A DNA stretch of 64,000 bases from a virus (Duplodnaviria; Heunggongvirae; Uroviricota; Caudoviricetes): the IMG/VR virus record IMGVR_UViG_3300025678_000001; one strand, 5' to 3'. The notes under the pieces are model-generated. The model did not search any database. It saw only the letters and a list, made by a program, of their open reading frames with translations, and was not told the origin of the DNA. Of this stretch, positions 20,278-31,352 are shown piece by piece. The stretch's first letter is position 1. Each line of letters opens with the position of its first letter. A program made the position numbers and the translations under genes.

Positions 20278-21897
20278 TTAGAAAGAACCACCAGTGATCG
20301 GGTTCCTCATCACGATCTTCAGCACTTTTGTCGGGTCTTTTACCCAGATTGCCGGCATGGTCTGAGTCATGAACACGCGGTAACCGTTGAAGTTACCAGA
20401 GCTTTGGAAGCCTTGTGTACGACCCATGTAGTCCATAGTACCGTTCTGGTAGAACCACTTCAGTTGATTGTCCCAAGACAGCTTCAGAAGGAAGATGTTG
20501 TCGTTGGTGTTATCAGTGATGTCGAAGATGATGAAGTTGTAGCTAGACAGCGGGAAACCGTCGATGATCGGGTTCTCGATGTCATTTGTGTGTACGTTGT
20601 CGAACGCAGGGTTCAGGACAAACTTCACGTTAGCTAAGAACGGAATAACGTACTGAGTGTAAGCGAAACCGAAGTTCAGGTCCATACCCTTACCAGTGAT
20701 AGCTCCGATTTCAGAAGCGTTGATCACCAGACCAGAGTTGATAGCCTCACGTTTGATGGCTTCGTTTACCAGGCGCATACCACCCATACCGGTCTGAACG
20801 ATAAGCTGACGCTTAGGATCCGGACCTTGGAACTCAACCTTACCGTTGAAGAAGTTGAAGATCTCACTCTTGAACAGATCCAGGTTGAAGGAACCTTTGT
20901 TGTAGATGCGTTTGAAGCTGTTATCCAGCTGTTTCCACAGACCCACAGAAAGGCGGATATCGTCCGGACCGTCTTGCTTAACCTTACCACCTTGACCCCA
21001 CATTAGGTAAGTCTCGATGTCGTTAGCAATCTTAGTCAGGTGAGCAGCTTCCAGGGTTGTAAGGAAGGAGCGAGACAGTTGACCAGATTGATAAGCTTTC
21101 TTCACGTAGTCCTTACCCATCTTGGCAGCCATGTCTTCCAGGTTGGTAATAGAAGGATCTACAGTCTTATCGAAGTTTCTCCACAGCTCGATTACCGGTA
21201 CAGTACCGTCGGCTTTCATACCACCTTTCAGCATCAGGTCAGCGCGACTGGAGATGCTGTAGTGTACGTGAGCTTCTGCACCACCAACGTAGTTGTAGAA
21301 CTCACGGAAACCTGCAGACACATTACCGATATCAGAGAAACGTTCACCGTACTCACCGCGGGCAGAACCCTTACGGAATACTTTGGTACCAACACGCAGG
21401 TACTTGTTATCCAGGTACTTAGCGTTGTCGTTGTTTACCAGTTGCACAGTGTAGATGAAACCATCACCAGCAGGGATGATATCATCTTGAGTGATATACA
21501 TCTCAACACCGTTGTACTTGTCGTAGGTGATGATATCACCATGACCAAAGGAACGTTTGTTGATCTTGATCTTGAAGGTCTGGCCGTCAACACCTTTTGT
21601 AGTGTTTGAAGACTCAATATCCTCCACGATGTAAGGAAGGTCCTGGGCTACAGGTACCTGCCACTTATACTCACCTCTGGAGTTATCTACAGAGATAACA
21701 TTCTTACCACCGAAAGAGGACATCTGGTACAGAGGCATTTCTACCTTTTGTGCCATAGCCCACAGGTCAACAGGTCCGAGATCAGTCGGCTCTGCTGATT
21801 TCAGCAGGTTAGAGAGGTGGTATGAGTCTACGTGTGAGCTAGTTTGATAGCTGGTATCCCGTAGAAATATACCATTGTTTAAAACAGGGGTTGCCAT
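20278..21897 (-). CDS. putative major capsid protein
   Basis: 539-aa ORF immediately downstream of the scaffold-like gene in the portal-scaffold-capsid order; followed by a long structured gap. Confidence 0.5.
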   Translation of the reverse strand: MATPVLNNGIFLRDTSYQTSSHVDSYHLSNLLKSAEPTDLGPVDLWAMAQKVEMPLYQMSSFGGKNVISVDNSRGEYKWQVPVAQDLPYIVEDIESSNTTKGVDGQTFKIKINKRSFGHGDIITYDKYNGVEMYITQDDIIPAGDGFIYTVQLVNNDNAKYLDNKYLRVGTKVFRKGSARGEYGERFSDIGNVSAGFREFYNYVGGAEAHVHYSISSRADLMLKGGMKADGTVPVIELWRNFDKTVDPSITNLEDMAAKMGKDYVKKAYQSGQLSRSFLTTLEAAHLTKIANDIETYLMWGQGGKVKQDGPDDIRLSVGLWKQLDNSFKRIYNKGSFNLDLFKSEIFNFFNGKVEFQGPDPKRQLIVQTGMGGMRLVNEAIKREAINSGLVINASEIGAITGKGMDLNFGFAYTQYVIPFLANVKFVLNPAFDNVHTNDIENPIIDGFPLSSYNFIIFDITDNTNDNIFLLKLSWDNQLKWFYQNGTMDYMGRTQGFQSSGNFNGYRVFMTQTMPAIWVKDPTKVLKIVMRNPITGGSF

Positions 21898-21928
21898 AGG
21901 GCATCGGATTTAAGGGTTATTGTAAAAG

Positions 21929-23197
21929 TTACCTTTTGAATATGTTAGTAGGTCTTGCGATCTTTCTTGAACTTGGTTCGTCATCATCCTGTTGAGAAGC
22001 AGCAGTCTTACGTGATTGTTCAGTTTTCAGAAGACGAACTGTTTGTTCTATTTTTTGGTTCCCGCCTTGTTTCTGAAGCTGACCACGGTATCCTTCAGGA
22101 TCACTCAGCAGCCACAGAGCTTCTGCGATAAGGCTGTAGTTGGGTTCTACGAACTGGTATTTCTCGAGCAGGTGACCCAGCAGGTTTGTCTGGCGTCCAC
22201 TGATAGAGGGGTAATTAGGCTGGGTTAAACCGGAGTATAGTTGAGCCTGGGTTTTCTTGTCCAGTTTCAGACCGTTGATCTCTGCCGGCCGAAGGGCTTC
22301 AAACACGTTTTGTTGGTAAGCCTGAGCAGCCTGTTTCTGTTGTTCTTTCCGGGCCTCCTGTTCAGCAAGCTGATTCTGCACGATTTCTTCCTGCATCTGG
22401 TCAAGCTTCGGCTTGAACTGTTTGGCTTTCTTTTCCAGAACACCCAGATCTTTCCAGGTAGTAAGCTCTTCTTCAATCTCTTCTGCAGTACCAAACTTGG
22501 TAGCTTGCAGGTAGTTCCGGATGATCACCTCCTGGTCATTGTCTTTGGTAGGATCCAGTTCACGAACCTCTTCTACCTGAGCCAGGGCTTTGAACAGTCC
22601 TTTGATGTCTTGTCCACCATCTGCTACATACTTTGCAGCATACTGGAGTTCTTGAGGAAGGCTATCAAAAAACTCTTGAGGTGTTTTAGCAGCCACCTCC
22701 TGCTTCATATTGTCTACGTTAGCTTGCCACAGCTCATCAATATCTTTTTCAGAAAGAGAGCCCAGATATTCGTCCAGTGTTTGTTTTGATTCATCATAGT
22801 CATCAAAGGCAAACATCTCTTTGGACTCAATCCTTTTCTTCAGGAATCCTACGAGTGCGTTCTTATCGGTCTTAGGACGACCACCTTTTTTCTGTTCACC
22901 TTCCTGGTTCTCGTCGATCTCGTCAAGAAATTCTGTAGACGTTTCACGGGAAACTGCACCTTTAGAAGTATCAGTTTTCTCCACTTTCTTTTCAGGATCG
23001 TCTTCAACCTCTTCTTCATCTTCTTTATCCAGAAAGCTCATGTCAGCTGTCTTGGTAGTAAAGATGCTCGGTTTAGCCTTGTTGGGGTCACCGGTTGGAG
23101 TAATAATACTATCAGCTCCAGGGGCAGCTCCAAAGATCTCATTCAGATCGACGTCCACTTGTTGTACAGAAGTTTGTACAGCGGGTTGGTTTTCCAT
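21929..23197 (-). CDS. putative scaffolding protein
   Basis: 422-aa highly acidic E/K-rich coiled-coil ORF between the portal-like and capsid-like genes. Confidence 0.5.
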   Translation of the reverse strand: MENQPAVQTSVQQVDVDLNEIFGAAPGADSIITPTGDPNKAKPSIFTTKTADMSFLDKEDEEEVEDDPEKKVEKTDTSKGAVSRETSTEFLDEIDENQEGEQKKGGRPKTDKNALVGFLKKRIESKEMFAFDDYDESKQTLDEYLGSLSEKDIDELWQANVDNMKQEVAAKTPQEFFDSLPQELQYAAKYVADGGQDIKGLFKALAQVEEVRELDPTKDNDQEVIIRNYLQATKFGTAEEIEEELTTWKDLGVLEKKAKQFKPKLDQMQEEIVQNQLAEQEARKEQQKQAAQAYQQNVFEALRPAEINGLKLDKKTQAQLYSGLTQPNYPSISGRQTNLLGHLLEKYQFVEPNYSLIAEALWLLSDPEGYRGQLQKQGGNQKIEQTVRLLKTEQSRKTAASQQDDDEPSSRKIARPTNIFKR

Positions 23198-23315
23198 AAC
23201 TTAACTTGGTTTTTTGTTGTATTCTTCTACAATAAAAATATACAACTTTAAACCTTATCAAGTTACTTTTTGTAGAACTTAGGGGGCTGATGTCCGTATA
23301 ATAGGGCTATAGTTC

Positions 23316-26069
23316 TTAACTCTTTTTGGATTTAGGCTTCTCTCCTACTACCGGATTCTGAAGTTTTGTCTTTTCTATCTGAAGTCTTTTATCAGCAATC
23401 TCTTTATTGGCTTGAATCTTCTCACGTTCCAGGTTCATCTTTTGCTGGTTACTCATGTTCTTGTTAACCTCCTGCTCACGCTTGAAGTTCATCTGCTCAC
23501 GATAGTTATCCTGCTCCTGGATCTTTTCCAGGGCATCCTGATAATCACTCTGAGCGTTCTGGTTAAGATCTACAGCAGCCCCGTAGCCGGCAGAACGGAT
23601 CTCAGCTACAGTGATGTCCTTCTTGATCATCTTATCGTCACGATTAGCCATAAACTCGCGTTCTGCAGCCTTATCACGTTCCTGAGAAGCAATCAGTTGC
23701 TGCTGCAGTTCTTGTTGATGCTGCTGATCAGCCAGTCTGATGGCGTTAGTCTTCTCTTCAGAAGTCTTCAGGGCATGGTTGATCTCAGCCAGAGAGTCAG
23801 CCTTGATGATGTTACCCAGATCATAGATGGAAGCACCGGCTGTATTGTTGTTCAGAGCCAGCTGTTTAAGCTGCTCCATGATGTTCCGGGAGTTTACCCT
23901 GGTAGTACAGAAGATGTTCAGATCGCGTAAAAGAAGACTTGTACCATTAATCTGGAAGTTGACCTTCTCATCGGACTGAGTAATGTACTGAAGACGGATA
24001 GAGGGCTTCTTAGAATGGTAGTACTGGGCCAGGTCGGTCCTCATCTGGTGAACCCGCGGCATTAGGTAGTCAGAGTGCTGAGTAAACAGGTGTTCTGTCT
24101 GAGCATAGGAGGCTGATTGAGCCATCTCAAGACCTTTTGCAGAATCCTGTACTCCAAGCTGCTGACCCATCCGCTGGGGGTTCAGACCAATGACCTCAAA
24201 GGCCTGGTTCTTAAAGTAGGTAGCCAGGTTAATACGGGAAAGCAGACGGTTTGTCTGTTCCAGGTTTAGTACCTGGTAGTGTTGGAAGGAAAGGGCGTTC
24301 TCAGTGTTTGTAATCGTACTGTCCAGGGGCAGCATCTGGAAGTTCTTCATAGCCACATAGGCTTTGGCCAGATTATTTTTACCCCAGTCTTCTCCCATAG
24401 AGTGACGAGGTAAAGCGTTCTGGTCCAAAAGAATAACCGTACCAAGCTCATCTACAAGGATGTCAGCTATCTGGTTATTCACTATGTTGTAGCCTATCTG
24501 GTATGGCTTCATCAGATCGACCAGTGAAATACTGCGGGTGTTACGATCACCGAATACAGCACCTTCCACTGGGAGTTTGCAGCCATAGAGAGTACTATCT
24601 CCTTTAAACTGGAAAGGAATAGGGCCCGGTTTACCACCGTTCAGTCCGAGATAGATCGGATTGATACCACCAGGGTTATTCATACCCCAGAAACTTGGCC
24701 TATTAGGACCAATCTTGATACCACCATAGGTCTCGTTAATCCAGATCCAGTCAATATGTTCACCAAAGATCAGGTTGTCCTTACTCTTCTGTTTGTATAA
24801 TGCAGTGTTATAGAGAGGTTTATCTGTAACTTTGTAGGTCTCATCTACAATATCCTGAATAAGTTCTCCTTCTTCAGTGATCTTGGTAAGGTGTCCTACC
24901 TTCCGCTGACTTTTCCAGTAAGCAGTGGTTACCCTTAAAAGGTGCTGCTTTCCGAAGTCCTGAGTATCTTCTGAGTCGGCCAGGATCCACTCTACAATGT
25001 CCCCGGTACCAAACTTAGTATCATAGAGACTCATGAACTGACGGTAAGCCAGGGAGGGCATCTGAGTATTCCACTCATGAGATCTTGTAGGATCATAGTA
25101 GGTACCATCATTCTGATATCCTTGTACAGCATAGCCGGCAGATCTTACCGGATAGATAGTCTCGATGGCTTCCAGTTGCTCCTGGGTCATCATCCAGCCA
25201 TACTTGTCAATGATATCAGCAGCACTGGCCAGGTCAATCTTACCTACCCAGGAACCCTGGGAAATATACCTGGTATCCGGTGATTTATGGTAGAAAGTCA
25301 GTAGAGGATTCCATAACTCAATTTCATAGTCATCCTCCATCATCCGGAAGTGCCAGAACTCACGGTCGGTGATCAACATGTCACGGAAACCGCGTTCTTC
25401 CAGCTCATCCATACGGAAACGTTCCTCATCAACGCGTTTTTGGTGAGCAGCCCACTCTTCGATCATACTACGATAATCCTTCTTGAAAAAACCCTCAATC
25501 TCCGGGAGCTTCTTGAGGTTATCTGGTTGCATGGCGGTTTGAGCCTCCTCACTGTCCAGTTCAAGGCCTTGGGACATCATCTGAAGCGTCATCTTACGTT
25601 GAGCGTTTTGAAGTAAAACCTGCTCGATCTGAGCACGTTTCTCTTCAAGCATCTCGTTGTAAGATAGGTCATCTACCGCCCGGAACATGATCTTTGAGGT
25701 TCTCTGGGCAAACTCGTTACACAGAACGTTGATTACGTTCGGAATGATCGGATAAAACTTGAGCTCTAACGCTGATGAGTCCTCTTTGGTAAGAGTTTCG
25801 ATTAGGTCAGCCATCTCGTTGTCTTCCTCAACTATGTAGTCAGATTTATCAATAATCCCTTTGGCCAGCTTGTAGTTCTTCATGAGTCTGCGAGCATTAC
25901 GTCTCAGCATCTTCATACCCTGCCACTCGAGCCAGTCAAGGTTCCATGCACGCCACTCATCATCCTTTTCCTTTGCAGGAAGGAACTGGATAGGTTGGGT
26001 CAGAGTACCCATCTTGTTGTACTCAACCTTCTTTCCGGCTTTTAGGTCAAGGGCGTTATATATTTGCAT
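23316..26069 (-). CDS. putative portal protein
   Basis: 917-aa ORF directly downstream of the terminase-like gene; C-terminal Q/E-rich coiled coil. Confidence 0.5.
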   Translation of the reverse strand: MQIYNALDLKAGKKVEYNKMGTLTQPIQFLPAKEKDDEWRAWNLDWLEWQGMKMLRRNARRLMKNYKLAKGIIDKSDYIVEEDNEMADLIETLTKEDSSALELKFYPIIPNVINVLCNEFAQRTSKIMFRAVDDLSYNEMLEEKRAQIEQVLLQNAQRKMTLQMMSQGLELDSEEAQTAMQPDNLKKLPEIEGFFKKDYRSMIEEWAAHQKRVDEERFRMDELEERGFRDMLITDREFWHFRMMEDDYEIELWNPLLTFYHKSPDTRYISQGSWVGKIDLASAADIIDKYGWMMTQEQLEAIETIYPVRSAGYAVQGYQNDGTYYDPTRSHEWNTQMPSLAYRQFMSLYDTKFGTGDIVEWILADSEDTQDFGKQHLLRVTTAYWKSQRKVGHLTKITEEGELIQDIVDETYKVTDKPLYNTALYKQKSKDNLIFGEHIDWIWINETYGGIKIGPNRPSFWGMNNPGGINPIYLGLNGGKPGPIPFQFKGDSTLYGCKLPVEGAVFGDRNTRSISLVDLMKPYQIGYNIVNNQIADILVDELGTVILLDQNALPRHSMGEDWGKNNLAKAYVAMKNFQMLPLDSTITNTENALSFQHYQVLNLEQTNRLLSRINLATYFKNQAFEVIGLNPQRMGQQLGVQDSAKGLEMAQSASYAQTEHLFTQHSDYLMPRVHQMRTDLAQYYHSKKPSIRLQYITQSDEKVNFQINGTSLLLRDLNIFCTTRVNSRNIMEQLKQLALNNNTAGASIYDLGNIIKADSLAEINHALKTSEEKTNAIRLADQQHQQELQQQLIASQERDKAAEREFMANRDDKMIKKDITVAEIRSAGYGAAVDLNQNAQSDYQDALEKIQEQDNYREQMNFKREQEVNKNMSNQQKMNLEREKIQANKEIADKRLQIEKTKLQNPVVGEKPKSKKS

Positions 26070-26074
26070 GGTTC

Positions 26075-26380
26075 TTAGTTATTTGTATACAGAGAGGGTG
26101 TAGGATGATCAGACCCCTGAGCTGTTAGTGAGCTTAAAGCTTGAACATTGTTACTATACAGAATACCACTATCTCTGGGCTGCCAGGGAGCAGTTGTAGG
26201 AGTATTCCACGGATGATTAGGAGCAGCCGTACCTGGTATATTGATCGGCAGAAGAGGTTTGATACCCAGTGATTCTTCTTCTTTTAACAGCAGAATAGCT
26301 TCTTCCAGAGTAAGGGAGCTTTCTTTGATCAAACGAGAAAGTATAGCTACTTTCTGGGAATGTAATGTACTGTTTTCCAT
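26075..26380 (-). CDS. hypothetical protein
   Basis: 101-aa ORF between the terminase-like and portal-like genes. Confidence 0.4.
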   Translation of the reverse strand: MENSTLHSQKVAILSRLIKESSLTLEEAILLLKEEESLGIKPLLPINIPGTAAPNHPWNTPTTAPWQPRDSGILYSNNVQALSSLTAQGSDHPTPSLYTNN

Positions 26381-28578
26381 TATCTTAGGTTTTTAAAGGG
26401 TGTTCTGGGTGGTGTCATACTTTTGGAACCCCCTTCTGATGACCCAATATGTCTAAAAGGTCTCCAATTTAATTTACTGATTTTTTGGGAGTTCTCCAAC
26501 TTTTGTTCCACTCGTTCTACACGTTTGGTGTATCCACGGTTGGCTTGTTGAACCTTGGCAAAGGCTATGAGTGCACAGAAAGATACCAGACGGTCCACGT
26601 TGAGTCCATCATAGTAAGCTTTCATCTCTTTGAGCAGCATTGGATCCGGAATACGTTCCACGCCGTAGGTTGTCCTTACAATGGTCCCGTCTTCCTTTGT
26701 TTCGTGGTCCAGTTCTTCCTTGGTAAACTCGATACCGTAGCTTAGGATGTTACCCTTGAATAGGGTCCCTACGTTTTTCCAACCATATTCCTGGAAGACG
26801 TTTCGGTTGGCTCCCAGGTCCTTCAGAAACAGAATCATGTCTTTTGGCACCAGGTACCGCTGTTTCTTTTTAGAGATCATGTACTGGATAAATAAGGCCA
26901 CGTTATTCTCCACAACTGTCCAAGCATTATACCACTCGATCATCAACTCTAGGCGTTCATGAGTTTTGTTGATGTCATCAAAACGTCCACACCAGCTAGC
27001 CACGATCTTATCCCGCTCTATGGTGTTCTCTACTTTACCATCACCATAGTCCTTAATGACTTCAACCGGGTTTTTATAGATGTAGATCGAGCATAGGGAA
27101 TCTGAGGTTGTAGTCTTACCTTCTCCTACCGGGTCGACAGACGCGTAGTACATTCCAAAAGGAGGGTCTTTAACCGGTCGTTCGTAGATACAGATGACCC
27201 CTTCTTTGTTTTCCATCTTCTTTGGTACAGGAAACTCCATGATCGGAGTCTTCCTGGAGGGAGAGTCAATGATCTTCCCTTCAGCATTTCTGGAGAGCTC
27301 TAGGTATTCAACAGGGTACTCTTTATCAGCGATCCGTCGTTCTTGTTGTGCAACTAGGTGTGCAGGGAATACGCTTACTTTACGCGTATCAAACGCTTCC
27401 TCGATGTTTCTGGGGTGCTGAGAAAGCTCTAGCTGGTAAGCTTGAGGGGTAAGATCTCGTTTGGCCTTCTCAAAGTACTTATCCAGGGCCTCTAAGGCTT
27501 TTTCTACCAGAGAGTTTCCAAATTCATCCATGTATGGAGGCATGGACCACTGTTCTGGTATAAAGAGCCCGGTTACTCTGATTGTACCATTCTTGTCTAC
27601 AAGATTGGACTCTACACCATAGAACCCGTTTTCTTCCGGATGCATAATGTATTCTTTCATGGGTTCACACTGATCCAGGTCACCCACGGAACCAGCAGCT
27701 ATGAACTGACCGGTAATGATATGACCAGACTTCAGGGCCGGCTTGATATAACCATAGGTCAGGTCCATCTTGGGTGCGATACCGCCCTCTTCATGGAAGA
27801 AATAAGTTACCGGTCCACCAACGCCATTTGTAGGATCCTTTTCAAAAGAGTAACCAGCAATGGTACTCTTAAGACCCTTATAGGTATCACGGCCATTTAT
27901 ACGTACTTTGATCTGCTGGTTCCAGGCAAATACCTTATCAGGTTCGGCCGGTCGGTACCAGGCAGTATGCTCGTTCAAGAAGTTTTTGTATTCATCCAGG
28001 AACTTCCAGGAGCCTTTCTCGTTTATATAGTCTTTCAGTGAGGCACCGATCTTACAGATACTACCGGATTCAAACCAGTAAGTATTGATCAGTTTTGCCA
28101 TATGAAAGTAAGAAGAAGCTATCTGACGCTTCTTTAGGATGATAGCATGTTTGTAGTTCAGCTCAGCCAGATGTTCATACAAGGCCATATGATACTGGGC
28201 ATCACGAACCTTGGCAAAGTCAAACTTCTTTTCTTCCTTGTCATAGATAGGAAGAAAGTTGAGCCACATGTAGTAGTCCCTGGTTATATACCAGGTCTTT
28301 GACTTGTTCTTTACAATGATGCCGTTTCTGCACTTATTCTTCTGGTCATCCCAGTAGGTCATGAAGTCTTTGCTCTTCAGTGGAGCATTGCAGTAGTAAC
28401 CCTGGGTCTGAAACTTACGAGCCTCAGCATTAAAGATCCTGGTTACTTCATCAAACTCATACTTGCCTGGTTCTTTGAATAGAAAGAACAAGAAATCCCG
28501 GAACTCCTCCCGGGTATTAAAAGTGGTTACGAACCAGTTACCGTTTTCGTAGGTAGGGACTTGTTTAAAGGGGGTCAT
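26380..28578 (-). CDS. putative terminase large subunit
   Basis: 732-aa ORF; C-terminal nuclease-like segment (YYASVDPVGEG...SLCSIYIYK...TVVENN); position upstream of the portal. Confidence 0.55.
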   Translation of the reverse strand: MTPFKQVPTYENGNWFVTTFNTREEFRDFLFFLFKEPGKYEFDEVTRIFNAEARKFQTQGYYCNAPLKSKDFMTYWDDQKNKCRNGIIVKNKSKTWYITRDYYMWLNFLPIYDKEEKKFDFAKVRDAQYHMALYEHLAELNYKHAIILKKRQIASSYFHMAKLINTYWFESGSICKIGASLKDYINEKGSWKFLDEYKNFLNEHTAWYRPAEPDKVFAWNQQIKVRINGRDTYKGLKSTIAGYSFEKDPTNGVGGPVTYFFHEEGGIAPKMDLTYGYIKPALKSGHIITGQFIAAGSVGDLDQCEPMKEYIMHPEENGFYGVESNLVDKNGTIRVTGLFIPEQWSMPPYMDEFGNSLVEKALEALDKYFEKAKRDLTPQAYQLELSQHPRNIEEAFDTRKVSVFPAHLVAQQERRIADKEYPVEYLELSRNAEGKIIDSPSRKTPIMEFPVPKKMENKEGVICIYERPVKDPPFGMYYASVDPVGEGKTTTSDSLCSIYIYKNPVEVIKDYGDGKVENTIERDKIVASWCGRFDDINKTHERLELMIEWYNAWTVVENNVALFIQYMISKKKQRYLVPKDMILFLKDLGANRNVFQEYGWKNVGTLFKGNILSYGIEFTKEELDHETKEDGTIVRTTYGVERIPDPMLLKEMKAYYDGLNVDRLVSFCALIAFAKVQQANRGYTKRVERVEQKLENSQKISKLNWRPFRHIGSSEGGSKSMTPPRTPFKNLR

Positions 28579-28580
28579 CT

Positions 28581-28802
28581 TTACTTCAGTTTGCTCAGAT
28601 AGTCAGGGTCTTTTTCAACCTTGGCTATAAGCGTCTGCAGTGTAGTGATGCTAGATGATCTAATCACGCGTGGGTGGTTAAAGTCACTCCAATACTCATT
28701 GTAACAGTCCCTGGGAATAGCTGCCCAGCTACCGGTCAAGTAGTTAAAGTGAAATACCCAATCATACAGATGCTCGTTCTGAGTTGTGGTTTCTTTTGCC
28801 AT
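28581..28802 (-). CDS. hypothetical protein
   Basis: 73-aa ORF. Confidence 0.35.
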   Translation of the reverse strand: MAKETTTQNEHLYDWVFHFNYLTGSWAAIPRDCYNEYWSDFNHPRVIRSSSITTLQTLIAKVEKDPDYLSKLK

Positions 28803-28972
28803 AGTCTTAGGTTTTTAGCTGTAAGGGGACGGGTCGAACGTCCACGCAGAGATTCAGTATTGGAACGGCATATACGCTTGCAAGCATTAGTGGTCAACCC
28901 TTACCGTATACCTATTTCTTTATCTGCACCCACGAGACGAGTGGGCGTGTCTGCCAGTTTCACCACCTTACA

Positions 28973-29485
28973 TTATTGATCGTACGCTAGGTTTTGTCCT
29001 CCGCGTACTGTGGAACTTTGTTCTTCTTTCAGATCTCGGTAAACTCCTTTGAAAGACTGACGTACCTGGTCAAATCGTTCAGCTATACGTAACAGAGCAG
29101 TAGCAGATCCATCACGGCCGGCAGTAGGTTTCTCGTTAGCCATGAAAGTGGCCATGTTATCAAGTGCTACCTTGATACCGTGATATGCCCTGTATGTAGG
29201 AGTTTCATAAAGCTTCCTGCATCTGAATAAACCTTCTTTGATAAGATCATCATCAGTAGAAAAGTCGGCATCAACCTCCTGTAAGATCATCTCTTCCTTA
29301 TCTTGTTCGGGTACATCAAAGAAGGGATTAAGATCCGGGTTAGGACAGGTCATATAGAACAAGTACGCATAGATCTTTAAGTGATCATCCGGATACTTGT
29401 CCATGATGTCTTTCAAAAACTTCAGTGTGTAACAGTGTTCGGTAGCTGTTACTTTTCCATTCTGTATATCAAATAGTCTTACCAT
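28973..29485 (-). CDS. hypothetical protein
   Basis: 170-aa ORF. Confidence 0.45.
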   Translation of the reverse strand: MVRLFDIQNGKVTATEHCYTLKFLKDIMDKYPDDHLKIYAYLFYMTCPNPDLNPFFDVPEQDKEEMILQEVDADFSTDDDLIKEGLFRCRKLYETPTYRAYHGIKVALDNMATFMANEKPTAGRDGSATALLRIAERFDQVRQSFKGVYRDLKEEQSSTVRGGQNLAYDQ

Positions 29486-29768
29486 GGGTGTTTTTACGCA
29501 TCTTCCTGCGTGTGGGTTTATTGGATCTTACTTTTTCAAAATACTTTCCTATAGCATCTTTGAAGTCGTCTAGCTTAAATTGTTTGTTATACGCCTGCTT
29601 GTTTCCTTCTTTCAACTGTTCATACAAGCCTTTATACCGGTTATCCAGCTCCTTTGCAATCATCTTTAGTCCTGTTGGACCTGTCATGATGCGTATTTGT
29701 CTTTCCATGTTTTCTTCTTCTGTTTTTCTTCTTCCTGGGTTCCGTTGTGATTCCGTTACTGACATCAA
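29469..29768 (-). CDS. small basic protein
   Basis: 99-aa K/R-rich ORF. Confidence 0.4.
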   Translation of the reverse strand: MMSVTESQRNPGRRKTEEENMERQIRIMTGPTGLKMIAKELDNRYKGLYEQLKEGNKQAYNKQFKLDDFKDAIGKYFEKVRSNKPTRRKMRKNTHGKTI

Positions 29769-29801
29769 GAAGTATAAAACTGTAACTCTCTAAAGGATCT
29801 T

Positions 29802-30740
29802 TCATGACTTAGGTTTGAGTTTATCTCTGTTATCTTCTAACCAGTGCATAAGAGAGATCACCTCTGCCTTAAGATAAGGAAGCTCATACTGGACAACATC
29901 TTTTACAATCGGATCTCCATTTGTATCCAGGGCAGTAATGGGGTTACCATACTTATCCTCTCCTACTGTATCAAAAAGTATATGGTGGATGATCAGCTTA
30001 CCTGGCTTTAACCTGGGATTATGTTTCAGGATCATATACATGTACAGAGAGAGCTGTAGATTATAATGATTCAGATTACAGTCATCCAGATGTCCTACTG
30101 GTGTCTGCATCTTTTGAGTGATACCTTCCCAGTTAGTATAGCCTTCTGTCTTGATCTCCTTATTTGTTTTGTAGTCTGTGATATGCACGACACCATTTAC
30201 CACCTCGACCAGGTCAGACTGTCCACATAGACCGGCAGACTTCAGATAAACCAAGTGTTCAGGATACACACCATCCTTAAGTTTTTGTTCCGGGGAATAT
30301 TTGATACCCTCTATCTCCACTGGTTTTATGATAGGGACTGATACACCATGGCGTTCTATTGTTTCCAGTTCACAGAGATCTCGTTCACGACAGTTATGGT
30401 ACCAGGTACCTAGTGTAGTAGCACGGTTGGCTTCAGATCTCCAGGCTTCTTTGATAGCCTCTGGAGTCATACCATACCATTTGCTTTTCTTGTTTTTGGA
30501 GCTTTTAAGAGCTATTGCATCAGCATCAAAGGGTTGTTTGAAGTTGGATATGAAACTGGTTACGGAAACCCAGTCCCGTTTATCTTCGTCCTTTATACTT
30601 GTGTACTTGTGATCTTGGGGTGTGAATCTTAGTATCATAGGTAAATCCGATTTGGTTTTTAACTGGTCGGCACTCAAGTACGTTGAGTATTTCATCGACC
30701 GAGTGGTAAGTAGCATAGAACTGGGCAGAGTATTTATCAA
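29802..30740 (-). CDS. putative PD-(D/E)XK-family nuclease
   Basis: 312-aa ORF with a GQSDLVEV...HITDYKTNK segment resembling a D...(D/E)xK catalytic core. Confidence 0.45.
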   Translation of the reverse strand: MINTLPSSMLLTTRSMKYSTYLSADQLKTKSDLPMILRFTPQDHKYTSIKDEDKRDWVSVTSFISNFKQPFDADAIALKSSKNKKSKWYGMTPEAIKEAWRSEANRATTLGTWYHNCRERDLCELETIERHGVSVPIIKPVEIEGIKYSPEQKLKDGVYPEHLVYLKSAGLCGQSDLVEVVNGVVHITDYKTNKEIKTEGYTNWEGITQKMQTPVGHLDDCNLNHYNLQLSLYMYMILKHNPRLKPGKLIIHHILFDTVGEDKYGNPITALDTNGDPIVKDVVQYELPYLKAEVISLMHWLEDNRDKLKPKS

Positions 30741-30972
30741 ATACCACCGACCTGGTTTTTGCTATCTTATGTTTAGAAGTCACATACTCCTCAATACTCA
30801 CGATCCCCTCTTTTCTTACCCACTTCTTTACCCGTAGCTGTTTAACCAGCTTTTGTTTCTTCACTGGAAAAAGATCACCCTCAGGCATTTTTTCAAACTC
30901 GATCTTTTCCTTGTAGACAGAGTGTATGACTTCTAGCTGTATGCTTTCGTTAGTGTGAACAACAGGCATCAA
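30580..30972 (-). CDS. hypothetical protein
   Basis: 130-aa basic ORF; its 3-prime end overlaps the downstream nuclease ORF, whose true start is probably an internal Met. Confidence 0.4.
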   Translation of the reverse strand: MMPVVHTNESIQLEVIHSVYKEKIEFEKMPEGDLFPVKKQKLVKQLRVKKWVRKEGIVSIEEYVTSKHKIAKTRSVVFDKYSAQFYATYHSVDEILNVLECRPVKNQIGFTYDTKIHTPRSQVHKYKGRR

Positions 30973-31352
30973 TAGCCGATTTTTTCTTTGAGTTTATCTT
31001 CTTCCTCTTCTGTAAGTTCAGCCTCCCACTTTTTTAGCGGACATGCTGATGAAAGACTTCTGGTCTTGAAATCCAGGGAGCATCCACAGCCTCCTTTTGT
31101 TGAGTCACAACAGGGATAAGTTCCCGGTACAACACAACCTTCAGAGTTATAGGTAAGAAGCTCACACTGCCGGCAGATTTGCATGCGTTCGTGAGCTATG
31201 TGTTCGACGTCTTCACGCTTGAACACGCTGTTCATTACTCCCTCAAGTATCTGACCCTTGTTCTTCCAGATCCTGATCAGGCTCTCCTTTAGTAACATAA
31301 CTGGTCTTTTTGTGTAGTTTAATAAACTCTGCTCGTTGGTTTTCTTCCTCAA
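30969..31352 (-). CDS. Cys-rich zinc-binding protein
   Basis: CRQCELLTYNSEGCVVPGTYPCCDSTKGGCGCS cluster. Confidence 0.45.
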   Translation of the reverse strand: MRKKTNEQSLLNYTKRPVMLLKESLIRIWKNKGQILEGVMNSVFKREDVEHIAHERMQICRQCELLTYNSEGCVVPGTYPCCDSTKGGCGCSLDFKTRSLSSACPLKKWEAELTEEEEDKLKEKIGY